This document shows positions 1-11,200 of a stretch of 64,000 nucleotides of DNA, one piece after another. A program made the position numbers and the translations under genes. Positions within the stretch are counted from its first letter, which is position 1. The number at the start of each line of letters is the position of its first letter. The notes beneath the pieces are model-generated. The model had not been told where the DNA came from. It ran no database searches and saw only the letters and a list, made by a program, of their open reading frames with translations. This DNA is from Vitrella brassicaformis CCMP3155 (Eukaryota; Protista; Chromerida), in NCBI GenBank assembly GCA_001179505.1, contig CDMY01000212.1, positions 62,001 through 126,000 of the forward strand. Reading direction: 5' to 3'.

Positions 1-939
1 CTTTGCCCCCTGCAGCACCAAGGCCCGCCTGTCCATATCGAGGTACACCCTTCGGCGGTAGTAGGCATGGCTGCCAACCAGCTTTTGCAGCATCACGCCG
101 GGCGTGTATGTGCGGACAAACTCCTCCATCTGCCGCTGCACCTGCACTTTAAGGAAGAGCTGGTTGGAGTCGCCGTCGATGCCTCCCGACAGACCCAAAG
201 CCTCCATCTCCTCAGTCTCGCCCTCACGCAGCGTCCGCTTCCGTCGCCTTCTCCCCCCGCCCAGCAACAGAATGGGATCCTCGACATCAGTGACTCGGAC
301 GGGTGCCTGTAGGAGAGGCAAAGCGGGGTCGTTGACGCTAGCCGTCTTGACGGAAAGCAGCGCATCGAACTTGACCAGCTCCCCGGGCTCTTGCGGCACT
401 TGCTGCTGGGGCTTTGCCAATGTTGCGGCGAGGAGGATGGCCCCCGTTGCTTTTTTGAGCCCGCCTCTCCGAGTCGGCTGGTCTGATGAAGGGGTGGGAG
501 CCGATGGGGCCTCCTCGCCAGGTGTCAGGAACCTCACATGCTCCTTCTGTTCAGGCTTTTTGTCTTCCTCGTCGCTTTTGGGTTCGCTGAAGCCCACCGA
601 CTTGTCGCCCCCTCGAACGTCCTCTCCGTCTTCTTTCCTCACAGCTGAGTCCGACGCAGGCTCTTCGGGCCTCCGATGACGCCTGAAGCTCCTTCTTGCG
701 TCAGATTTGCCGGTTCGTGCCTCTGGTGGCCGCCATGTGTTGAGCCCGGCGGCATCTTTGACGCTACCTTTGATCAGCAGTTCGTCGTCCTTGTCTGGCT
801 TACTGATGCGGCACAAGGCAAACATGACTTTCCGAGACTGGGGGGCGAGCTCGCATGGCCAGTTGGCCGGCGGCCTGGATCTGCCGGGAGAAGGACGCTT
901 GAAGAGGTCATTGAACGGGAAGAAGACCGTTGCAAGCGT
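1..939 (-). CDS. Partial hypothetical protein (long exon running off the window start); possible C2-like segment followed by a possible PH/ISP-like segment
   Basis: Minus frame has no stop from 939 to 1, after acceptor gccgccag| (TLATVFFPFNDLFKR...KPDKDDELLIKGS...FVRTYTPGVMLQKLVGSHAYYRRRVYLDMDRRALVLQGAK). It is absent from the ORF track because it lacks a stop in the window. Domain guesses are weak; upstream exons unresolved. Confidence 0.6.
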
Positions 940-1827
940 CTGGCGGCACCATCAGGAAGGTAGGACAACAGGGGATGGGATACACACCTTTCTCACTTCG
1001 GCCTTCTTGTGATACTCAATCAGGCGTCACGCGAGTCATGGGGACGCCTCTGCCGCCGATGCCCAGCGCCCGCCAAAAGCACCGATGGCAGTTCGATATC
1101 GTATTACCACAACGGTATACCATCCTTACTGCAGAAAGGCGGTCCGACAGGGAGCGTCCGAAGCAGCCAGACACACAAAGCGAACCGCCCGACATAGTGA
1201 ATTTCATCTCTGATCAGCTCCCAGACACTCATGCAAGCCTTCTTCTTCTGTACTGTGCACACTGTACAAGTCAGTCGTCTGGGAAAAACAGGAAAAATCT
1301 TCTACACAACATCCACTCACACGCCCCTCAACCTATCTGGAAGTCCGCCGATAGGTGCCTATCTAGCGCATCTTGCTCAGCGCCCGACGCGCCTCGCGCC
1401 CCCCGTGGAATAAGGGACAAATGGAATCTATCATGCGTCGCGGGCTGCACCATGTTGAGTGCTGTCAGGTTGGTGAGCTGCTTGCCGAGCCGAAATGCCG
1501 CCTTAGGTGTCGTCGTGTCCCCAGCGGAGCAGCCAAAGGGCCGCACGAAGGACGCAGGAGAGCGGCGAGAAGAGGGTAGACAGCTCACGAGTGGTCGTCG
1601 CCGAGGCGATCCACGGCCTACCAATGGCCCGCATCACACCAAACGAATGCATGTGGTGGACGCGACATAATCATTTCCGTGAGTGAGTGGTGGACCTTCT
1701 TGCATCTTCCTTCTCCAGGGGCCTCTCATTGCAGTCGATACTGCGCAGCCAGCCCGTGCGCGGCACAGCGGTGTTGAAGTCGGACGGTCAAACCTGTGCG
1801 TCCTCCTCCAGTAAGGGCACAGTCAGG

Positions 1828-2718
1828 CTATCCTCCGTCATGTTGCGGCGTGTCGGCCGCAGCTTCGTCGCTGGTTGGTGAGAGGCTGCCGCTCTGTTGG
1901 GAAGCCTTGCAGAGTACGCCGATCTGGCAGCGGTTGATGATGGCTCCAACAACTGCACTGAGGAAGGCACTGCCGCAGCCGATGAAGAGGCCCCGCCAGA
2001 AGATGGGGTCTTGCGGCTTGAGCGGACTGTTGGCGGGACTGCTTTAGACGATACCAATCTCAATGGCCGACAGAACGACAACACCGATAGAAATGATGAC
2101 GCACGCCTTCGCAATCATCACACGCAGACAGACAGACAGACACATAGAAAGAGATGAAGAGAGAGAGAGAGTGTTGCCTGTCTCCTTTGATTGGTGCACA
2201 GGTAAGCGGCCTTTTCATGCTTACCTTACGGCGCATCTCGTTGCTGCCTTCTTACTCAGCTTCAAGCTGAACGCCCTCTCCCTCTTGAGCTCGTTTCTCA
2301 GATAGTCCTTGTCCTTTCCCAGATCCTCAATGACTTTCCAGAGCATTTCCTTGTCCTTTCTCATGTCCCTTCTCATATCCTCCTTGTCCCTTCTCAGATC
2401 CTCCTGGTTCTCCATGTCTTTCTTGAGCATTTCCATGAGATCCGCATTGTCCTTCCGGAGATCCAGGATCTGCTCCACGAGTATATCGATGAAGCGCTCA
2501 AGTTCTTCTCGCGCTGAACACACAAGGACAGACATGTGCGTCGTTTTCGCGTCAAGAGACGAACGAGAGTGCGCGTGGGAGCGCTTACATGCGCCTGGAG
2601 GCGGGCGAAAAGTGGCATGTGGGCGGACAAGAGGCGGCTTGGAGGCAGCACGCGGGACGGAGGACTCTCCTGCTGTCTTCATCTTCCCCTTCCTCTCGAG
2701 GAGCATCTGAGCTTGCAA
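1828..2718 (-). CDS. Small coiled-coil protein with C-terminal transmembrane segment (tail-anchored-like), 3 exons
   Basis: Exon 1 ends GGC GCA T|gtaagc. Exon 2 (SREELERFIDILVEQILDLRKDNADLMEM...KKAATRCAV) is a heptad-rich coiled coil. Donor AG|gtaagc joins acceptor aaagcag|T, giving SPANSPLKPQDPIFWRGLFIGCGSAFLSAVVGAIINRC...HDGG* (TAG at 1828-1830). Start codon uncertain. Confidence 0.6.
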
Positions 2719-2862
2719 GAGCCGAGAGGTTCGTCTTCACGCAGTTTCTGCTGCGTCGAATACATACGTCACGGGCAACAGATCTTGATAGATCTTGACC
2801 AGAATTCGTACCGCAAGGCCGTCCTGCCAGCAGCTATCAGCAGCAACGGCGCCGCCTTCTTT

Positions 2863-5484
2863 ATGAGGGTGCGCATGCCTGCATTACCATCCCTTCCATC
2901 TCAGCATGCAGCGCCGCCCATCCCCAGGCACCGCTCATTGCCCCGGCAGCAGCGTCAGCTCTTGGCCACTGCAGCTGGAGCCGCCCCTGCAGTGCGGAGA
3001 TCGGGTGACGCCAGGCTCTCCCGCCGCTATGACCTGCCCGTCGAGACGGACTCCACACTCGTCAGTGAGAGGGAGAGGCGCCACATGGCCAGACTGGCAA
3101 TGATCACTGAAGAGGAACAAATGGTAAGGAAGTGGGTCGGGTGGCACCCACCGAATGGGCGACTGCAGCTTCCTCCTTGTTTTGTGTTGGTCTGTCTGTC
3201 AGGACATCTACCCTGCAGTGACGGTCGGCTTCGCGCCCACGCCCACAGAGGTGGAGCCCGTCAAGCGCCCCTTCCTGTACATCCCGCCAGAGAACCTCGC
3301 CGCCGGTGAGATCGGCGTCGACGACATCGGCCGCTTCCGGCTGTTTGTGCGCGACAGCCTGACGGAGCTGATCCCTGAGGGCCTGTGCGGCGAGCTGCCC
3401 AAGGACATCACCATGTTTCCCTCGCGCACCACACCAGTGGGGATCATGCTGCGCAAGCCGGCGTTCGAGATGATCAGTCAGCTGCAGCAGGTACAGCAGC
3501 ACAGGGGGGCTGATGGCGGCTGGACTATTCCAAAGGGCGGCTTCCTCATTGATGGACACAGGGGCACTGGCAAGGTGCGATCGACAGACAGAAAGGGGTA
3601 GAGAGAGATCGATTCAGCGTGTGGACGTCTGACTGTATCAGAGTGCCGTGTTGAATTTTCTGGTTGCGTGGGCACGTGAGAGCGGTTGGCTGGTCATCTT
3701 TGAGCCGAGCCCCAGACGATACGCACACGAGATCGGCGAGATCAAAAGGTCCAACACTGGCGTCTACATACAGGTGCAGGGAAGGAAGAAGGGCACCACA
3801 CACACACACACAACACACACACACACACACGTGACTGTTCCACATCACATGTGTGTAGAGTGAGTTCACCCAGCAGTTCCTGGAGCGTGTGTCGGTGCGG
3901 AATCGCGAGATGCTCGAGCGGATGCCGGTGCACGGGGCGTGCTATGGCGACTCGGCCATCGACGGCAGCCACCACCTCTACACACAGCGTGTCTACGACC
4001 CGCTCATCGGCAAAGTGGTCCAGCAGCGAATCGACGACAAGGTAACACTTCACCGTGTGCGTCGGTCATGCCTGTGGGCACGTGACACACCACGGCGGGG
4101 CCCTCTGTGTGTGTGTGTGTGTGCAGCTGAGTGGTCGGGTGAGTGAGGAAGAATCGGAGGAAGAGGGCGAGGAAGAGTCAGAGGAGTCCTCAGAGGTACA
4201 CACGGCCAGAGAGAGGAACAGACAACGACCACTGCTTTCCATCCATTCGCCCTGTGCTGCATTTCTGTCTGTCTGTCTGTCTGTCTGGATGGATGGATGG
4301 ATGGGTGGCTGAATCAGGAGGAGAGTGGAGAGAGCGAGGGAGAGAGTGAGACGGCTACCAGTGGTGGTGGTGGAGCCCTCTCAAAGGACGACGCCATAGG
4401 GATACAGCGAGAGAGGCTGAGGCTCTGGCATGCATATCGCAAGGAGGTCAAGATACCCAGCCTCAGGTCAGGTCGGCCCATCCATCCATCCATCCATCTG
4501 TCCGTCCGGCGCGCGACACGTGTTCATCGGTGTGTGTGTGTGTGTGTGTGTTTGTGTGTGTGCAGGGATCGGTTACCGTCTCCGGAGAATCTGTACGAGA
4601 TCGTTGACTTTGGCCTGCAGAACGAGGCCTTCGCCACTCAGTGTGCATATGAGCTGTTCGAGCAGCTCAAGAAGCAAACCACTTTCCCCCTCATGATTGC
4701 CGTCGGTGAGCGAGTGAGATCACCTAACATGTCGTGCTATCCACCTTTCTGTGTGTGTGCTCACTGTGGTCATTTCTTCTCCCTGCCGGCAATCTATCCA
4801 TCCATCCATCAGATCAGTGGAACGAGTGTTTCCCTGTGAGTGAGTACCTGTCCATCAAGTACGAGAACACCAAGTACAACGGCTACATCCCGGCCTTCCA
4901 CCTCACCATGCCCAGACTCTTCCACAAGTGGGACGGATGGCAACTCAAAAGAGGTCAGTCAGGTCGGTCAGCGGTGGACAGATGGAGCCACCGGGCACAC
5001 ACACTCGACACTCAGACAGACGCATGTGTGTCTTGCATGCGGCTCGGTGTGTGTCTGCAGGTATCAAGGTGGCAGCGACGTGCTGGAAGTACGCCAATCG
5101 CCGCGACTATCGACCTGAGCTGCTCAAAGTCAAGTAACCCACTGCGACCGCACCCACCCACTCACAACCTCTCTTCCTTATCTATCGCCGCTGTCGTGTC
5201 GTCTGGCCGCATCGCATCGCATCCCTCATTTAGGCGTGAGGAGGTGCGTACGGTCCGCAATTTCAGCGCCTTTGAGTTTGCCAATTTCGTGGCCTACTAC
5301 CGGAGGAAGCGCGTCATCCAGCACTTCCCGAGAGAGAAGCTGGACTACTTCTACATGCTCACAGGTGGGTGGGCCGAACATCAAACAGAGACGCCAGGCA
5401 GACGAGTGCTCGCTGTGTGTGTGTGTGTGTGTGTCAGGCGGCAATGGGTTCCAGTCCAGGAGGCTGCTGGCAATGCTCTACTAG
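2863..5484 (+). CDS. DAP3: Mitochondrial ribosomal protein mS29 / death-associated protein 3, multi-exon
   Basis: P-loop GFLIDGHRGTGK(S), then AVLNFLVAWARESGWLVIFEP, Walker-B-like FPLMIAVDQWN, and C-terminal VRNFSAFEFANFVAYY...YMLTGGNG. Arg-rich presequence-like N-terminus. Start may be slightly upstream. Confidence 0.85.
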
Positions 5485-6707
5485 GCCTGCCTCGCTCTCT
5501 GTCTTTGTGCTTATGAAGGAATCCACGCATTCATTTATGTGGGCCGTGCTAGCCGATAGGATGAGTATCGAGAGCTCACGCTATCCCTGTGGCCGGGAGT
5601 GTGAGCTGTAATCGGGCTGTCCTGTTCTTCCGCACTCATCACGCAACTCGCCACCAGCGGATTTGGCAGGAGGTGATGTGGTGGGGCGTGGCGCTGTGTG
5701 TCGGACTGATCCCCGACAGTGACAGTAAGTACTGCATGCGACACATGATCCCAACGAACATGAGGAGGAAGCATGCAAACTTCACACCGCTTCCGCCCGG
5801 AAGGATTCATGTCAGTCAGTCAGTCAGCCAATCAATCAGTCTTCTCTGACGCACACACACACACGCAAAGAGTGTGAGCACCTACCATCCCTTGCAGACA
5901 GCCCTCGGACAGACAGACAGACAGACAGCCAGACGGAGATATCGACACGCGGCGAGACACGGTGCCCATGGCCGCTTGTTTTCATGACTTCCGCATTTAT
6001 CGGCACGGGTGGGTGGGCGGGTGGCCTGACATACATGACATATGGCTGTTTTTTCAACGTACACCACACTGACTGGTCATTCGTTCATTTTGTGTTAGCC
6101 ACAGCACACGCAAGGCGAGACAGGTAGGTAGATGGTCGCATCACCGCACACACATACTCACACACATCACACACAGCAGGCACCGTCGTTCGCTAATTGA
6201 CTATGACCATGCAGACACACACGCATCTGTCTGCCTGTCTGTCTGTCTGTCTGTCTGCGGGCGCGTGTGCGTGTGCGTGGTGCCGGCACGGCCTGGCTGA
6301 CTGACTGACCGCACAAGACAAGTGCCCGTCCACCCATCTGGACACTGCAATCGGTTGCAGTGCGTTCGCATCGTCCACTTCAGAGTCCTGACACGTTGAG
6401 GCACGTGTAGCGCTCTCTCATGTGGCCGATGCGAAGGCGTTGCAAACCGACAACCAGCCAACAACTGACCGAATCGCCGCCGCCAGACACACATGACATG
6501 AGGCACGCGTTGAATTGATTTATCGATCCATTCCAGGCACCCAACCCAGCCCACCTAATTACAGCACGAGTGTGCCGTACGCACACAGTCAGCCAGCCGT
6601 ATTTGCCACAGCCATAGCCATACAGGCAAGGCAAGTAAACACCCACACACGCACACACACGTCTGTCTGTTTGGATGATCATATGCACACGAGGAGGGAG
6701 GGGGGGG

Positions 6708-7007
6708 NNNNNNNNNNNNNNNNNNNNNNNNNNNNNNNNNNNNNNNNNNNNNNNNNNNNNNNNNNNNNNNNNNNNNNNNNNNNNNNNNNNNNNNNNNNNN
6801 NNNNNNNNNNNNNNNNNNNNNNNNNNNNNNNNNNNNNNNNNNNNNNNNNNNNNNNNNNNNNNNNNNNNNNNNNNNNNNNNNNNNNNNNNNNNNNNNNNNN
6901 NNNNNNNNNNNNNNNNNNNNNNNNNNNNNNNNNNNNNNNNNNNNNNNNNNNNNNNNNNNNNNNNNNNNNNNNNNNNNNNNNNNNNNNNNNNNNNNNNNNN
7001 NNNNNNN
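6708..7007. other. Assembly gap (300 N) flanked by G-runs
   Basis: N run visible in the sequence. Confidence 1.
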
Positions 7008-7086
7008 GGAGGGGGGGGAGGGGGGGGGAGGGGAGGGGTCTGGGGATGGGGGGGCCGGTGGTGGTGGAGGCCGTGCCGTGTTTGCC

Positions 7087-7433
7087 TCAATCCGACTTGA
7101 TCCGTGAGTAGATATAGTTCTGACACACATTACACCACACACATACGCTAGGTAGGGTGTGTGTGCGATGCGTGTGGGTGTGGTGTGGTGGTTGGTGTGG
7201 TGTGTGTACCACGAAGACAAAGTTGGAAATGAAAGTGACGAAGCCCATCATCTGACATATGGACGGACAAATCAACAGACAGACCAATGAATGAATGCCA
7301 CGACACACGCACGTCGACACACAGAGTTGGTTGGGTGAGGGCATGGCTGTGGGCTGACTGACTGACTGACCAGGAAGATGCCCCACGCGACGAGGAGGGA
7401 GTACCCAAAGAAGAAGGAACACTGACACACACA

Positions 7434-7467
<34 letters not shown>

Positions 7468-8431
7468 CGTACACACGAAGGGATGGGATGGCGGCACAGA
7501 GAGCTCTGTCTGTATGTGGGTGTCTGTCCATCCTCACTTGTAGGAATCCGAACATGCGTGTGCTGGTGAAGAAGTAGTAGATGCAGTACACGTAAAAGAA
7601 CAACGACACGGACCTGATTGAACAGACACACAAACAAACAGACATACCACTTACACCATCCACGAGGGAGGCACTCGATGGTGTATGTGAGTGTGAGTGT
7701 GTGTGTGTGTGTGTGTGCGTGTGTGTACTGACCCGCCGCTCCCAAAAGACCTCCACCACCACCTGTGGTCCTCAGCGTTCAAATGGAAATACGTCAGCAG
7801 CACCGACACAGTCGCTGACAAACACACATCAACATACACACCCGTACCACCCACACCCACACACAGGCAGAGCTAGAGAAGGTGCCCAGAACTGACTGAG
7901 GCGGGCGAGTGGCTGGCTGGCTGGGTTAGTTAGTTGGTTGGTTGCGTACATGCGACGAGTAGGAGCATGACGAAGGTGAGCAGCAGGATGCCGTAGAGGG
8001 TGTAGATCTTGGTACCCCACACAGACGAGAACACATAGTGCAACTCGATGTATATCGCACTGCACCACAACACAGACAGACAGCACCACACCACACCACA
8101 ACAGACACACATCCACTCACTGCTGTATATCTGTCTGTCTGTCTGTCTGCTGACATACCTGAATGGCAGGAAGCCCGAGGCGAACATCTGTGCGAGGGGT
8201 GCGTGGTACCAGTGGCACTGGGGTATCTCCCGCGCCAGTTTGTTGGTCTTGCACGGGAAGGCCTGGCCAGCATCCACCCACTTGGCCGCGTTAGACCGAC
8301 CCATAATGCCACCCAACACCGTCAACGGCACCGTCACTGATCGACAGATAGACCGACCCCCCCACACACACAAGACCACACACACACACAGAGAGAGAGA
8401 GATGGGTGCCTGCGTGGGTTGGTGTGGGGTG

Positions 8432-8467
<36 letters not shown>

Positions 8468-8916
8468 TGTGTGTGGCGGGTGGGATGGGTGCTGCTTGTG
8501 TTGTTTGCTGACCGCATGACCAGGAGAAGAAGAGGAAGATCACTGTGGTGAAGGGCAGCGCCGCTGTCGATCTGAAGAAACAAAACGATCCATTGCCGCG
8601 TGGCGTGTGTTGTGTGTGGCAGAGGTGTGGTTTAGGTGCCATACTGACTGGTGTGCCCACGCGACGCTGTTCAGGAACGACCAGATCACAAACAGAGGGC
8701 CCTGCACACCACACACAAACGCACATACAGAGAGGCGCACGTGTGTGGGTCTGTCTGTCTGTCGAGTAGCAGTCGTGTCGTACCACGAACATCATGGCGG
8801 TGATAACGATGTTCCACGCCCACTTCTGGCCGCCCAGCTTGCGATATAGCCACGCTGACAAGTAACCAGCCAAGACTGCAGGCAGCCACACACACAGTGG
8901 AAGGGATGAGCACACT

Positions 8917-8985
<69 letters not shown>

Positions 8986-11068
8986 CTTACATGCGGTGAC
9001 CAGGAAGGTAGCGAAGGCGAAGGTGAGCACGCCGCCCCTCTCGAACAGATACAGCCCCGACGTCCCCACCAACACTGTCCCTATCACCTGCACACAACAC
9101 ACACATGCACACGCATAAGATCGGTCGTTCCACCAGCTGGTGGTGTATCAGTCAAGGTGTAAGTGTGTGTGTCAGAAATTAACACATACCATGAGGAAGA
9201 GCTGGGCCCCTGCGCCAACGAGGGCGCAGAACCACATTCTACTCACAGGCACACACACAGGCCCAGACAGGCATGAGTGGATGGGGTGGATGTGTACCCC
9301 ACCACAGACACACATTACGGCATACAGACCTACCTGTGCTGCGGCGCTCTGAAGACGTCTGCGTGGAGCAGCTTCCAACCCGACTCCTCCTCACCTAAAC
9401 ACACACACACACACACATCCACGCCATACAGACAGACACAGATAGACAAACAGGAATAGAGGGTGCGTGTCCGTCCGTCTCTCTCTGCGTGTGTGTACCT
9501 CACCTCCTGCTGTGAGCTCTTCGTCAGGGATGTGCAGATATCTACAGGCATTGTTGCAATGAAGGAAGGGATTACATTTGGCATATCATATGAATGGCCG
9601 GCATGGTCAGTCAGTGCTTGTTTCTTCCTCTCGACTTCATTCCTTTCTGTCTGTCTGTGCAGTGCCCGTCTGTGTCTGCCTGCGTACTTGGACAGGTCTG
9701 ATCTGACGACCCTCAGGATGATCAGCAGCAACAGCGATACGATCAGCAGCACCTGCAGTTGACACACGCACACACACACACACAGGAATGATGTGAGTTG
9801 GTCGAATCGATCGCTTGATTGACCGACTGACTGACTGACTGACCAGGACGAATGAGTTGATAATAGCGAGCCAGTGGATGTCGAGCGACTGGGTATGGTG
9901 CGTGAAGCTGCCCGCCAGCTGCCTGCACACACACACCATGACACCATGGCAGACGGATCGGCACATGTGTAAGGAAGGGCGTGTGTGTGTGTGTGAGTGC
10001 TGTCTGTCTGTCATACTTACTGTTGCAGTCGGGACGACGCGGGAATGGTCGAGGGGAACCAGTTGACACTGTAGCTGAACTGCGCCTTCATCCCATCCTA
10101 TACACACACACACACACACACATACACACGTGTGGCTAGGTACCCTCTGTCTGTCTGTGTGTCTGTTTGTTTGCCTGCGCGTGCACCTACCTTGTGTTGA
10201 GTGATGTCGAAGAGGTCGACGTCGGTGGTGATGTTGACGGCCACCACCTGACCCTCGTTGTATCCCAAATTGAAATCCATGTTGTTCACCAACCAGTACC
10301 TGACGCACCAAACCAGCACACACAACCACACAACCACACACGCGCGCGCGCGCGCGCATCCACGCTCCCTGTCTGTCTGCCGGTCTGTCTGCTGCGCGCC
10401 ATGCCCACTTGATCTGTCCGTTCTCCTTGGTGCGGATACCCAGCGGACGCACCACCGGCAAATCAGCTGCAGTGAGTGTTGCAAGGCGGTCACACCACAC
10501 CACACCACACACAGCTGATGCTGTGCTGCAAGGTTGATTTCCATTGGAGTGTGTGTGTGTGTGTGGCCATCCATCCATCCGTACCGACGAAGATTTCAAA
10601 CATGTAAGAGTTTTCGATGGCGTTGCGCATGGCGTCCACGTCGTCCTCACTCAGCGCCCTCTCGCATATCGGCTTGCGCTCCTGGTTCTCTGCCACACAC
10701 ACACACACACACAACACACCAAAACACCCACCACCGTGTGTCTGTGTGCGCTGTGCGGTCAGTGTGTGTGTGTTTGTCTGACCTCTGTAGTTGATGTTGT
10801 AGAGCGAGTTGACGAGGCGGTCGCCCCTCATGATCTGGCCGAAGGTCATGTACTTGGTCTGCACCTCGGGCGGCGTGCAGAAGGGCAGCGAGTAGTACGG
10901 GTACATCTCAGTGGGGTTGTTGATCGGCCACACCTTGTTCATGCTCACTGTCACCTGCTCGCCCGTCTCCAGACCAACCACACCGCTGCTCGGAAGCTGC
11001 CATAGCAGCAGCACTGCCAGCGACGCCAGCAGACAGATCTGCCCGCGCAGAATGGCTCTTCTCAGCAT
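7087..11068 (-). CDS. TM9SF: Transmembrane 9 superfamily protein (nonaspanin/EMP70/TMN), multi-exon
   Basis: Signal peptide MLRRAILRGQICLLASLAVLLLWQ; lumenal NKVWPINNPTEMYPYYSLPFC and FGQIMRGDRLVNSLY; IHWLAIINSFVLV; EDHRWWWRSF; terminal MMGFVTFISNFVFV...YIYSRIKSD*. Confidence 0.95.
8377..8463. repeat. Intronic perfect inverted repeat: (CA)7(GA)6 ... (TC)6(TG)7, 26-bp stem, ~35-nt loop
   Basis: Arms read directly at 8377-8402 and 8438-8463 inside a TM9SF intron. Confidence 0.85.
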
Positions 11069-11200
11069 CTTGCGGACGGCTGGATATCTGGGCAACGCTA
11101 CAAGGCCCTTTTCTCCGCTTCTCGTGGTTGGCGAGCTTGGCGAGCCGAACGCCAATCCTCGCTGCCACTTTCGTTGCTTTGGCGCATGTGGGAGGATAGG

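Noticed and set aside
1788-2114. ORF MRRRASSFLS...MTEDSLTVPLLEEDAQV as a separate gene or first exon of the 1-939 gene
   Set aside because: It overlaps, in another frame, the well-supported last exon of the 1828-2718 gene. I could not build an in-frame path to 939.
5520-6100. Short ORFs between DAP3 and TM9SF
   Set aside because: No coherent exon chain; probably convergent 3' UTRs.
6690-7050. G-runs flanking the N gaps as candidate G-quadruplex elements
   Set aside because: More simply explained as homopolymers that broke the assembly; true sequence unknown.
6380-7220. Long ORFs spanning N runs (also 24123-24870 and 34143-35398)
   Set aside because: Open only because N codons hide stops.
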